Source of the DNA: Calditrichia bacterium
Lineage (GTDB): Bacteria; Calditrichota; Calditrichia; RBG-13-44-9
Length of the DNA: 10,348 nt
Direction of reading: 5' to 3'
Assembly (NCBI GenBank): GCA_037381445.1
Contig: JARRQT010000138.1
Span: forward strand, 1 to 10,348
Shown piece after piece: positions 1 to 7,544 of this stretch. The notes under the pieces were generated by a model, which saw only the letters and a program-made list of their open reading frames with translations, ran no database searches and was not told the DNA's origin. Each line of letters starts with the position of its first letter. Within the stretch, counting starts at the first letter, position 1. Both the position numbers and the translations under genes were made by a program.

Positions 1-935
1 TCCTCCAGATTTATTCTGTCATCGGATTCTTCGGACCAGGGGACTTGTATCATCCAGTCCAGATAATTGCGGGTTACGGTATATTCCGGCGAGAAGGGAG
101 GCGTTTTCCTCAGTTTTTCCAATTCCTCGGACGCTTTGTCGAATGCGTGGGGCGGCATCGCCGCATTGAGGATGGATTCTTCCAGTTTTGCAATTTCTGA
201 AGAACCGTGCTCGTCTTCCCCCAGTTCTTTTTTGATGATGCGCAACTGTTCCTGAAGATAATATTCCCGCTGGCTGCGCATCATGTTTTCACGGACCTGG
301 GTATCCAGCGTCCGGCGAAGATGCTGGTAGCCGAGTGCGTAGTTCAACAACTCAATGGTCAGTCTCAGCCGGTCCTGTAATAAAGGCGTTTCCAGAATTT
401 TCTGTTTTTCGGGGACTGCTGCATCCACGTTCAGCGCAATGAAATCCAGTATGTTGGAGAAATCATCAAGCTGTTCCGCATGAATGTAAAGCTCATCTGG
501 TAATTCGGGATGGTCCTTCACATAGCCCTTGAAAAGATCGACAACATGGGTGATATCCTGCCTGAAATCCTTGGATATTTTTATATCATCCTCAGGAAAT
601 ATTTCCAGTTGAGTTCTGAAATAATCTTTATAGGAAGCAAATCGAGTGATCCTGGCCCGGCCAATTCCTTCCACGACCACTTTCAGATAGTTGTTGGGCA
701 GCCTCAGGACCTGCAGTATGCGCGACAGGGTGCCCACCCGGTAGATATCCCGGGACTTAATTTCCTCTTTTTCCGCATTTTTCTGCGTGGCGATCAGAAT
801 GAAACCGTTCGAAGTTTCGGCCGCATCAAGCGCTTCCACGGACTTGGGTCTGCCCACCACCAGCGGCAGGATGGCATGGGGGAAAACCACTCTATCCCGG
901 ACGGGAAGCAGCGGAACTTCCTGGGGAAAAGCCAC
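1..935 (-). CDS. lon: ATP-dependent protease La (Lon), N-terminal part, truncated by the left window edge; start codon uncertain
   Basis: Manual translation of the minus strand from GTG 935 gives (M)AFPQEVPLLPVRDRVVFPHAILPLVVGRPKSVEAL...IYRVGTLSRILQVLRLPNNYLKVVVEG...QREYYLQEQLRIIKKELGE...SPEYTVTRNYLDWMIQVPWSEESDDRINLE, a typical LonA N-domain and coiled coil. It lies downstream of clpX, as is usual. In-frame stops at 944-942 and 959-957 close the frame upstream. Confidence 0.95.
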   Translation of the reverse strand, partial: MAFPQEVPLLPVRDRVVFPHAILPLVVGRPKSVEALDAAETSNGFILIATQKNAEKEEIKSRDIYRVGTLSRILQVLRLPNNYLKVVVEGIGRARITRFASYKDYFRTQLEIFPEDDIKISKDFRQDITHVVDLFKGYVKDHPELPDELYIHAEQLDDFSNILDFIALNVDAAVPEKQKILETPLLQDRLRLTIELLNYALGYQHLRRTLDTQVRENMMRSQREYYLQEQLRIIKKELGEDEHGSSEIAKLEESILNAAMPPHAFDKASEELEKLRKTPPFSPEYTVTRNYLDWMIQVPWSEESDDRINLE

Positions 936-995
936 AGAACTTCAAGGGAAACATTTTTAAATATGGCCTCTATTGATCCCCTGTAATTCTGTGGC
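931..995 (-). repeat. 19-bp imperfect inverted repeat with 27-nt loop, overlapping the lon start
   Basis: On the mRNA strand GCCACAGAATTACAGGGGA (995-977) pairs with TCCCTTGAAGTTCTGTGGC (949-931): 16 Watson-Crick pairs, 2 G-U pairs and 1 mismatch. Confidence 0.85.
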
Positions 996-1050
996 ATTCA
1001 AATTTTCTGATTCTCGTCTGTGCAACTTTATTTGCAGTTTTATATGTTTC

Positions 1051-2301
1051 TCAGGCCGATTTTTTGGACTTTCCGAACTTTAGAACCGGCTCTGCTTTTC
1101 CCTTGATCACTTCCTCGGTAATGAGGCATTCTGCCACGTTTTCCATGGAAGGCACGGTGAACATGACATCCATCATCACATTTTCCAGTATGGAGCGTAG
1201 CCCCCTGGCGCCGGTTTTGCGACGCTGGGCCATCCGAACAATCTCCAGCAGGGCCTTTTCGGTGAATTTGAGTTCAATGTTTTCCAGATCAAACAGCTTC
1301 TTGTATTGCTTGATGAGGGAGTTTTTCGGCTCCACGAGGATGGACAGCAATTCGTTTTCTGTGAGATCGCTCAGACTGATGGTTACCGGCAGACGGCCGA
1401 TCAATTCCGGTATCAAACCGAAAGCCAGAAGGTCTTCCGGTTCAGCTAACCGGAACAGTTCCGGATCGGTCATGCTTTTCTGGGACCGCAGGTCTGCGCC
1501 AAATCCCATCACCTTTTTGCCCACCCGGCGGCGGATAATATCTCCGAGACCGTCAAAAGCGCCGCCTACAATAAACAGGATATTGCGGGTATTGATATTG
1601 ACCATGGGCGCTTCCGGGTGTTTTCTGCCGCCTTTGGGCGGAATGGCTGCAATAGTGCCCTCCAGGATTTTAAGCAGGGCCTGCTGAACGCCTTCGCCGG
1701 ATACGTCTCTCGTTATAGAAGGACTGCCGGATTTTCGGGCAATTTTATCAACCTCGTCAATATAAATAATGCCGCGTTCGGTGGCCTCGATATCAAAATT
1801 GGCCGCATGGTAAAGCCGGACCAGAATGTTTTCCACGTCCTCGCCCACATAGCCCGCTTCCGTAAGTGTGGTGGCGTCAGAAATGGAAAAGGGAACATGC
1901 AGAATGCGCGCCAGCGTTTGGGCCAGCAATGTTTTTCCGACACCGGTGGGGCCGATGAGCAAAATATTGCTCTTTTCTATCTCTATATCATCCTCCAGAT
2001 TTCCCATCAGAATTCTTTTATAATGATTATAAACCGCCACCGAAATTCCGCGTTTGGCCGGATCCTGCCCCACCACATACTGATCCAGAAATTTCTTGAT
2101 TTCCTCCGGTTTGGGAAGAACAAAATTACTGGTCTGGAATTGCTGATACTGCGATTGTTTCAAAATTTGATTTGCGCTGCGAATACATTCCGTACAGATA
2201 CTCGCATGGGCGCCGGTAATAAGCTGTCCGACCTGATCGGCATGTTTGCCGCAAAAGGAACAGCGTATTTCGTGGTTAAATCGTTGATTTTTTTGTGTCA
2301 T
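1051..2301 (-). CDS. clpX: ATP-dependent Clp protease ATP-binding subunit ClpX
   Basis: Zinc-binding domain CSFCGK...ICTEC, Walker A GPTGVGKT, pore loop GYVG, Walker [26 protein letters not shown] loop, MGF ClpP-docking loop, sensor-2 TGARGLR. Confidence 0.99.
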   Translation of the reverse strand: MTQKNQRFNHEIRCSFCGKHADQVGQLITGAHASICTECIRSANQILKQSQYQQFQTSNFVLPKPEEIKKFLDQYVVGQDPAKRGISVAVYNHYKRILMGNLEDDIEIEKSNILLIGPTGVGKTLLAQTLARILHVPFSISDATTLTEAGYVGEDVENILVRLYHAANFDIEATERGIIYIDEVDKIARKSGSPSITRDVSGEGVQQALLKILEGTIAAIPPKGGRKHPEAPMVNINTRNILFIVGGAFDGLGDIIRRRVGKKVMGFGADLRSQKSMTDPELFRLAEPEDLLAFGLIPELIGRLPVTISLSDLTENELLSILVEPKNSLIKQYKKLFDLENIELKFTEKALLEIVRMAQRRKTGARGLRSILENVMMDVMFTVPSMENVAECLITEEVIKGKAEPVLKFGKSKKSA

Positions 2302-2369
2302 CTATTTTTCCGGGTTTATGATACTTCTTATTTTACAGTTTTCTGAAATATAGAAAAAAGTTTGCTAAA

Positions 2370-2399
2370 TTTATACCATTAAATCAAAAAATTCATCAA
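2370..2399 (-). promoter_or_regulatory. Candidate sigma-70 promoter for clpX-lon
   Basis: TTGATG (2399-2394), 18-nt spacer, TATAAA (2375-2370) with an extended -10 TG. It lies downstream of the clpP terminator. The region is AT-rich, so other placements are possible. Confidence 0.45.
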
Positions 2400-2460
2400 A
2401 AATTTTCAGGATTTATTTGTCTGTTTCGCAAATTCACTGGGTCTGAAGGAAGAATCTCAA

Positions 2461-2500
2461 ATATAAAAGAAGACGGGATTCACCTGCGGCAAATCCCACC
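2461..2500 (-). terminator. Intrinsic terminator after clpP
   Basis: Minus strand reads GGTGGGATTTGCC-GCA-GGTGAATCCCGTC followed by TTCTTTTATAT, starting 18 nt after the clpP stop. Confidence 0.75.
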
Positions 2501-2518
2501 GAAAAGCCTGAGCGCACA

Positions 2519-3127
2519 TTATTTCTTTTTAGTTTTTTTAGGATCGTTATGTTTTTCCAGAATTTCATCAATGAGACCATACTCTTTTGATTCCCGGGCA
2601 TCCATAAAGAAATTGCGGTCGGTGTCCTTGGCAATTTTCTCCAGTGGCTGACCGGTGGTATCGGACAGAATTTTATTCAGGCGCTCGCGGATTTTCAGAA
2701 TTTCTTTGGCATGGATGTCAATATCCGTGGCTTGTCCCTGTACCCCGCCCATCGGCTGATGGATCATGATCCGGGAATTGGGAAGTGCAAAACGTTTCCC
2801 TTTGGTCCCTGCCGCCAGAAGCACCGCGCCCATACTGGCTGCCTGGCCGATACAGGTGGTAACCACATCAGGCTGGATATATTGCATGGTGTCAAAGATT
2901 GCCAGACCGGATGTTACCACTCCGCCAGGACTATTGATATACATGTTGATATCTTTTTCCGGATCTTCCGCTTCCAGAAAAAGAAGCTGGGCAATCACCA
3001 GGCTGGCAATATTGTCATCAATGGGAGTGCCCAGAAAAATAATTCTTTCCTTCAACAAACGTGAATAAATATCGTATGCCCGCTCACCGCGTCCGGTTTG
3101 CTCAATAACCATAGGAATTAAAGCCAT
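2519..3127 (-). CDS. clpP: Clp protease proteolytic subunit ClpP (Ser98-His123-Asn172 triad)
   Basis: Motifs [32 protein letters not shown] (S98), MIHQP (H123), DTDRN (N172). SD-like AAGGA overlaps the end of tig. Confidence 0.99.
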   Translation of the reverse strand: MALIPMVIEQTGRGERAYDIYSRLLKERIIFLGTPIDDNIASLVIAQLLFLEAEDPEKDINMYINSPGGVVTSGLAIFDTMQYIQPDVVTTCIGQAASMGAVLLAAGTKGKRFALPNSRIMIHQPMGGVQGQATDIDIHAKEILKIRERLNKILSDTTGQPLEKIAKDTDRNFFMDARESKEYGLIDEILEKHNDPKKTKKK

Positions 3128-3130
3128 AGT

Positions 3131-4531
3131 CTATTCCTTCTCTTTTTCTTCCTCAACTTTATTTTTGCTTTTCTTGGTTTTCGTTTTAGTTCCAGTTTTC
3201 TCTTCGGATGCTTCCGATACGATTTCCGTATCCTCGATCTCGGTTTCCTTGCCGGTCGGGATTTTCTCCTCCATGGGAAAAACTTCCACGATCTCGGCAT
3301 TTTCCTTTAACATATCCAGTACCTTTTTCTCCAATAGATCTTCCTTGAGGTGTCCCAGATAGTGCTTGTCTTTTCTTGCCATTTCCCTGGTCTTCTCATC
3401 CAGGCCCGATTCATCAATAAATTTCTCTGCGTCTTGGTCGGTAACGGTTAGATTTTCAGCTTCTACCAGTTTTTTCTTCAGAAAGTACCAGCGCAGGTTG
3501 TGAATAGCCGACGCCCGGTATTCCTTACGGATCGCCTCTTCGTCTATGTCGCGGTTTTTCTGCTGGTTCTTGACGTCTTTCACCATTTCGTCCAGGTAAT
3601 TATCCACCATGGTCGGCGGCACTTCGAAAGCATTTTCATGCAGAAGTGCATCGATCACCCGGTTGTTTAAGGCCTGTTCAATTCGATTTGAAAAATCGAG
3701 TTTCATATTTTCCCGGATGCGGTCCCGCAGCTGTTCCATATTTTCCAGTTTTTCATCGTCCAGGTTCTTCACGAAATCGTCATTCAACTCCGGGAATTCC
3801 TTCTCTTCGATTCTCTTTGCGTGTATTTCCAGGCTGCTGATTTTGGGCTCTTTTTCCTCTGCGTCCGCTGCGGGCGGCATTTCCTTTCTGACAATGCGTT
3901 TTTCATCCTTCCTTATTCCCAGCAGCTGCACCTCAATATCTTTATCGAAATTGCCCGATCCGAGCTCGGTCTGCAGGTTTTCATATTTATGCCCAATAAT
4001 GGGTACGTCCCCGGAATCCAGCTCCTGCGCATCAAAATGCAGGTAATGACCCTCCTGCGCTTCATCCACGTCTTTCGCGGTAGCATATTGTTCGCGCAGC
4101 TGCTGCAGCGCTTCATCTATCATACTGTCCGTGACTTCAACAACATCTTTTTCTACCTTAAGGCCTTTATATTTTTTCAGCTCGAATTCCGGTTCCACTT
4201 CCACTTCGATTTCGAAAGACATTCCGGAATTCACATTTTCAAATTTAAAATCGGTGATTTTTCCCTGGGAAACCGGATCCACTTTCGCTTCATCCATGGC
4301 CTTCCCATAAAAATTCTGAAATGCCTGTTCGATGATATCCTGCTGAATCATATCGCGATAGCGCTGTTTGATGATCGTAAGCGGAGCATGGCCGCGGCGA
4401 AAACCCCGGATATCTGCGGAGCGCTGGTAATTTTTCAATACCTTTTTTTCAATCGGTTCAAGATCTTCGGGAGAAAGTTCGACTTTTAACTTCCTGGAAT
4501 ATGAGTTTAGAGTTTCAACTTCAGTATGCAT
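3131..4531 (-). CDS. tig: Trigger factor
   Basis: Ribosome-binding signature GFRRGHAP, EVEVEPEFELKKYKGL, PELNDDFVK, FEVPPTMVD. Canonical position upstream of clpP; SD AAAGGA. Confidence 0.97.
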   Translation of the reverse strand: MHTEVETLNSYSRKLKVELSPEDLEPIEKKVLKNYQRSADIRGFRRGHAPLTIIKQRYRDMIQQDIIEQAFQNFYGKAMDEAKVDPVSQGKITDFKFENVNSGMSFEIEVEVEPEFELKKYKGLKVEKDVVEVTDSMIDEALQQLREQYATAKDVDEAQEGHYLHFDAQELDSGDVPIIGHKYENLQTELGSGNFDKDIEVQLLGIRKDEKRIVRKEMPPAADAEEKEPKISSLEIHAKRIEEKEFPELNDDFVKNLDDEKLENMEQLRDRIRENMKLDFSNRIEQALNNRVIDALLHENAFEVPPTMVDNYLDEMVKDVKNQQKNRDIDEEAIRKEYRASAIHNLRWYFLKKKLVEAENLTVTDQDAEKFIDESGLDEKTREMARKDKHYLGHLKEDLLEKKVLDMLKENAEIVEVFPMEEKIPTGKETEIEDTEIVSEASEEKTGTKTKTKKSKNKVEEEKEKE

Positions 4532-4577
4532 GGATTATCCTTTAATTTTATACAGTCTCAAATACTTATAGCCTGCA

Positions 4578-4606
4578 AATATAACATTCGCTTCATGTTA
4601 TTGCAA
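4578..4606 (-). promoter_or_regulatory. Sigma-70 promoter for tig-clpP with a palindromic spacer
   Basis: TTGCAA (4606-4601), 17-nt spacer, TATATT (4583-4578) with an extended TG. ATAACAT-N7-ATGTTAT occupies 4581-4601. Confidence 0.7.
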
Positions 4607-4724
4607 GCGCCATAATAATCCGGAAATCGCCTGATTTGGCCGGATAATTGTGACTCGACCATTATTCGACGGATCATCGGTTTTCGTTCCCGCCGGATTC
4701 AAAAAACTCCTTTCCTCGTTTAAC

Positions 4725-4752
4725 TTAATCCCGTGCGGTAAATTTTTATATT
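4725..4752 (+). promoter_or_regulatory. Weak candidate promoter for the glycoside hydrolase gene
   Basis: TTAATC (4725-4730), 16-nt spacer, TATATT (4747-4752). The -10 hexamer is the same as in the tig and sigma promoters. Confidence 0.35.
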
Positions 4753-4828
4753 TATTCCGCGAATTCTAATTTATTTTGTTGAGCGAATCGATTACATTAG
4801 CCCATGCAACCAAAAGACGGAGTGCTCC

Positions 4829-6412
4829 ATGAAAAAAGGGATAGGATTACTGCTCATTCTTATTTTGTTTGTTTCCTGTGAAAAGAAAAAGGAAATGGGA
4901 GAGCTGAAAATACCAGCCGGTGTTTCCGCAACTTTTTATCAGAAACTGCCGCGCCCTGTTTTCACTGATCACCAGCACCTTTCCGAAATTTACTGGAAGA
5001 CCTGGGATTTGCTGGAAAAGCACATCCGAAACGGCAATTCCCTAAACGGCTTTGCAGCGCGTTATCTGGACGAAGGTTTTGATGAACAGATTTACCAGTG
5101 GGACAGCTGCTTCATGACCATGTTCGCCATGTATGGAGAAGGACTTTTCCCCGCCATGGAAACCCTGGACAATTTTTATAAAAAACAGCGCGAGGATGGC
5201 TGGATCTGCCGGGTCTACCGTGAGAGCGACGGCCTGCCCGCGGAACAGCCGTCGGTTGAAGAACCAATGGTCAATCCGCCGCTCTTTGCATACGCTGAAT
5301 GGAAATATTTTCTGCTGAGCGGCGACCGCTCGAGATTTGCCGATGTGCTGCCCCGGCTGGATGCCTATTATAACTGGATTGAAAAGCATATGCACGGCCA
5401 GGACAAGGCGGCCGGTGTATATTATAATACTTCGCTGGGAAGCGGAATGGACAATTCTCCGCGCCAGGTAAATGAGTCCGGCGGCTGGGTGGATATGTCG
5501 GCCCAGATGGCGCTTTTTGCCAAATATATGATGTTTATTTCCCGGGAGACCGGCGGTGACTCGCTGGCAAAAATTTATGACCAGCGCTACCGTTTTCTGG
5601 TGCGGATGATCAATAGCCAGATGTGGGATGAATCGAGCCGGTTCTATTATGATATCGGGACGAACGGAAAACGGACCGGGGCCAAAACCGCCGCCGCATT
5701 CTGGACCCTGCTGTCGGAAGTGGCGACTTTTCCCCAGGCCCGCAGCCTGGCCGAACATCTGCAGAATCCAGCGGAGTTTTATCGCAAACACCTTTTCCCC
5801 ACCCTATCGGCGGATAATCCCGACTACGATCCCCTGGGGCATTACTGGCGGGGCGGCGTATGGGCGCCAACCAATTATATGATTATCAAAGGTCTGGACA
5901 TCTTCCCGTTGCGCGAGTTGGCGGCGAGCGCCGCTTTGAATCATGTGGAGAATATGTACAGGGTTTATAAAAATTTTAAACCCGATGAGAGCAAGATTGC
6001 GCCCGAAGAACGCAGCGCTGATTACCAGACCATCTGGGAATGCTATGCGCCGGATTCCCTGCAGCCCGGAACCCGCGGGGACGGGAAATACCTGTCGAGG
6101 CAGAATTTTGTGGGATGGTCCGGACTCGGACCGGTGGCACTGCTGCTGGAGAATGTTATTGGCCTGCAGCCTTCCGCACCACGCGACGAGCTCTACTGGA
6201 ACCTGCGCCTGCGGGAAAAGTATGGCGTGGAGAATTACCGTTTTGGCGACAATCTGGTAGATCTCATCTGTGAAAGCAATCAACTGCCGGTTGATTCTGC
6301 CGCGATCAGCATCACCAGCAGCAGCCCCTTCCATTTGATAATGTCCACCCAGGTGGGCGTAAAGACATTTGAAGTCCGGGAAGGGGAGAATCATTTCGTC
6401 ATCAAGTTATGA
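4829..6412 (+). CDS. Lipoprotein glycoside hydrolase, (alpha/alpha)6 barrel, GH63/MGH1/trehalase-like; substrate unknown
   Basis: Signal peptide II MKKGIGLLLILILFVS-C17. Motifs YQWDSCF, NPPLFAYAEW, SGMDNSPR (putative acid Asp), YWRGGVWAPTNY, WECY (putative base Glu), FVGWSG. SD GGAG. Confidence 0.85.
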   Translation: MKKGIGLLLILILFVSCEKKKEMGELKIPAGVSATFYQKLPRPVFTDHQHLSEIYWKTWDLLEKHIRNGNSLNGFAARYLDEGFDEQIYQWDSCFMTMFAMYGEGLFPAMETLDNFYKKQREDGWICRVYRESDGLPAEQPSVEEPMVNPPLFAYAEWKYFLLSGDRSRFADVLPRLDAYYNWIEKHMHGQDKAAGVYYNTSLGSGMDNSPRQVNESGGWVDMSAQMALFAKYMMFISRETGGDSLAKIYDQRYRFLVRMINSQMWDESSRFYYDIGTNGKRTGAKTAAAFWTLLSEVATFPQARSLAEHLQNPAEFYRKHLFPTLSADNPDYDPLGHYWRGGVWAPTNYMIIKGLDIFPLRELAASAALNHVENMYRVYKNFKPDESKIAPEERSADYQTIWECYAPDSLQPGTRGDGKYLSRQNFVGWSGLGPVALLLENVIGLQPSAPRDELYWNLRLREKYGVENYRFGDNLVDLICESNQLPVDSAAISITSSSPFHLIMSTQVGVKTFEVREGENHFVIKL

Positions 6413-6442
6413 ACATCTGTTTCTGCGCAGGGGGGGAATTGA

Positions 6443-6465
6443 GCGGATGGGGGACTGGCATCCGT
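6443..6465 (+). terminator. Hairpin after the glycoside hydrolase gene; weak terminator or stabiliser
   Basis: GCGGATG-N9-CATCCGT, with a poor U-tract after it. Confidence 0.3.
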
Positions 6466-6559
6466 CTGCTATTCTGATTTTGCCGGTCATCAATATTGCG
6501 GCTTAATTCCGCGAATAGGAGCAATTGACATGCGGCAGGGCACGGTAATCACTTTAAGC

Positions 6560-6588
6560 TTGATTTTCGGACACCGCCCATTTATTAT
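6560..6588 (+). promoter_or_regulatory. Candidate sigma-70 promoter for deoC
   Basis: (AGC)TTGATT (6560-6565), 17-nt spacer, TATTAT (6583-6588). The -35 context is identical to that upstream of the sigma gene. Confidence 0.6.
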
Positions 6589-6679
6589 GAATTGAGCAAA
6601 AAATATGGACTCCGGATCGTACGATACCCGGATTTAATAATGATTTGTAATATTTGAAAATGAGAAAGGAATGCGTTTT

Positions 6680-7438
6680 ATGGCACCTGTTGAATCTCGG
6701 GCCAATCGGCCGGCCCACGGGGATGTAAATAAAAATAATCCCTCCCCTGCCGAAAAAAAGAAAATTGCGCAAAATATCGCTTCCTACATTGACCACACCC
6801 TGCTGAAATCCGAAGCAAAAGAAGCGGATATCAGCAAGCTTTGTGAAGAAGCGCGGTCATATCAATTTGCATCGGTTTGTATAAATCCTTCCTATGTTAA
6901 ACTTGCCGCCGGGTTGCTCAAAGGCTCTGATGTCAAGGTTTGCACTGTAATCGGATTTCCCCTGGGTGCCAACCTTACGGAAATCAAGGTATTGGAAACC
7001 CGTGAAGCCGTCCGCCAGGGCGCACAGGAAATAGACATGGTCATAAACATCGGGGCGTTAAAAAGCGGCAATGCAGATCTGGTTTACAAAGATATCCAGG
7101 CTGTTGCAGCGGAAAGCAAAAAGGGAGGTGCATTGATTAAGGTTATCATTGAAACTGCTCTGTTAAGTGATGAAGAGAAGCTGACGGCCTGTCAGCTTGC
7201 CCGCAGAGCGGAAGCGGATTTCGTGAAAACCTCCACCGGATTTGCTTCCGGCGGTGCCACGGCCCGCGATGTGGCATTGATGCTGAAAGCGGTGAGCGGT
7301 ACCGGGATGGGGGTGAAGGCTTCCGGGGGAATTCGCAGTTATGCGGATGCCCTGGAAATGATTATTGCCGGAGCAACCCGCATCGGAGCCAGCGCCGGCG
7401 TCAAGATTGTTCGGGAAGCCCGGGAGGCAGCCGTTTAG
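6680..7438 (+). CDS. deoC: Deoxyribose-phosphate aldolase with a short N-terminal extension (alternative start 6671)
   Basis: Motifs [38 protein letters not shown] (Schiff-base Lys), [21 protein letters not shown] (6665-6670) abuts ATG 6671 but is 9 nt from ATG 6680, which favours 6680. Confidence 0.97.
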   Translation: MAPVESRANRPAHGDVNKNNPSPAEKKKIAQNIASYIDHTLLKSEAKEADISKLCEEARSYQFASVCINPSYVKLAAGLLKGSDVKVCTVIGFPLGANLTEIKVLETREAVRQGAQEIDMVINIGALKSGNADLVYKDIQAVAAESKKGGALIKVIIETALLSDEEKLTACQLARRAEADFVKTSTGFASGGATARDVALMLKAVSGTGMGVKASGGIRSYADALEMIIAGATRIGASAGVKIVREAREAAV

Positions 7439-7544
7439 TGTAATCCTTTGAGGCGGCGTTCTGATAAATATTAGCTGGATGCAGTATATAATGTTTAAAA
7501 TTCCGAATTAGAAGTATACAAATTGTATTTCGTGCTTGTTTAGC

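Noticed and set aside
892..954. Short minus-strand ORF from ATG 954 (MFPLKFCGFSPGSSAASRPG) as the lon start
   Set aside because: It is out of frame with lon and stops after 20 codons. A uORF role is not excluded but is unsupported.
930..962. T4 gene 60-type ribosomal bypass or Sec readthrough over the lon insert
   Set aside because: The codon before the TAA is ATT and there is no matching landing codon. A TAA precedes the TGA, so selenocysteine insertion cannot rescue the frame.
67..986. Plus-strand ORFs 67-255 and 510-986
   Set aside because: They are antisense shadows of lon with no recognisable motifs.
1501..1512. ClpX docking loop MGF instead of IGF
   Set aside because: This is a common conservative variant.
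1064..4489. Long plus-strand and alternate-frame ORFs over clpX, clpP and tig
   Set aside because: They overlap well-conserved genes and are explained by codon bias on the opposite strand.
4532..4828. tRNA-Leu, often found upstream of tig
   Set aside because: No cloverleaf or properly placed T-loop and acceptor stem was found on either strand.
4797..4828. CIRCE-like half-sites TTAGC...GAGTGCT upstream of the hydrolase
   Set aside because: The spacing is wrong and the left arm does not match. GGAG is simply the SD.
5042..6394. Overlapping and antisense ORFs inside the hydrolase gene
   Set aside because: They are shadow ORFs of a GC-richer gene, with no motifs or RBS support.
6525..6550. Perfect TTGACA as the deoC -35
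   Set aside because: There is no acceptable -10 at 16-18 nt. The 6560-6588 promoter fits better.
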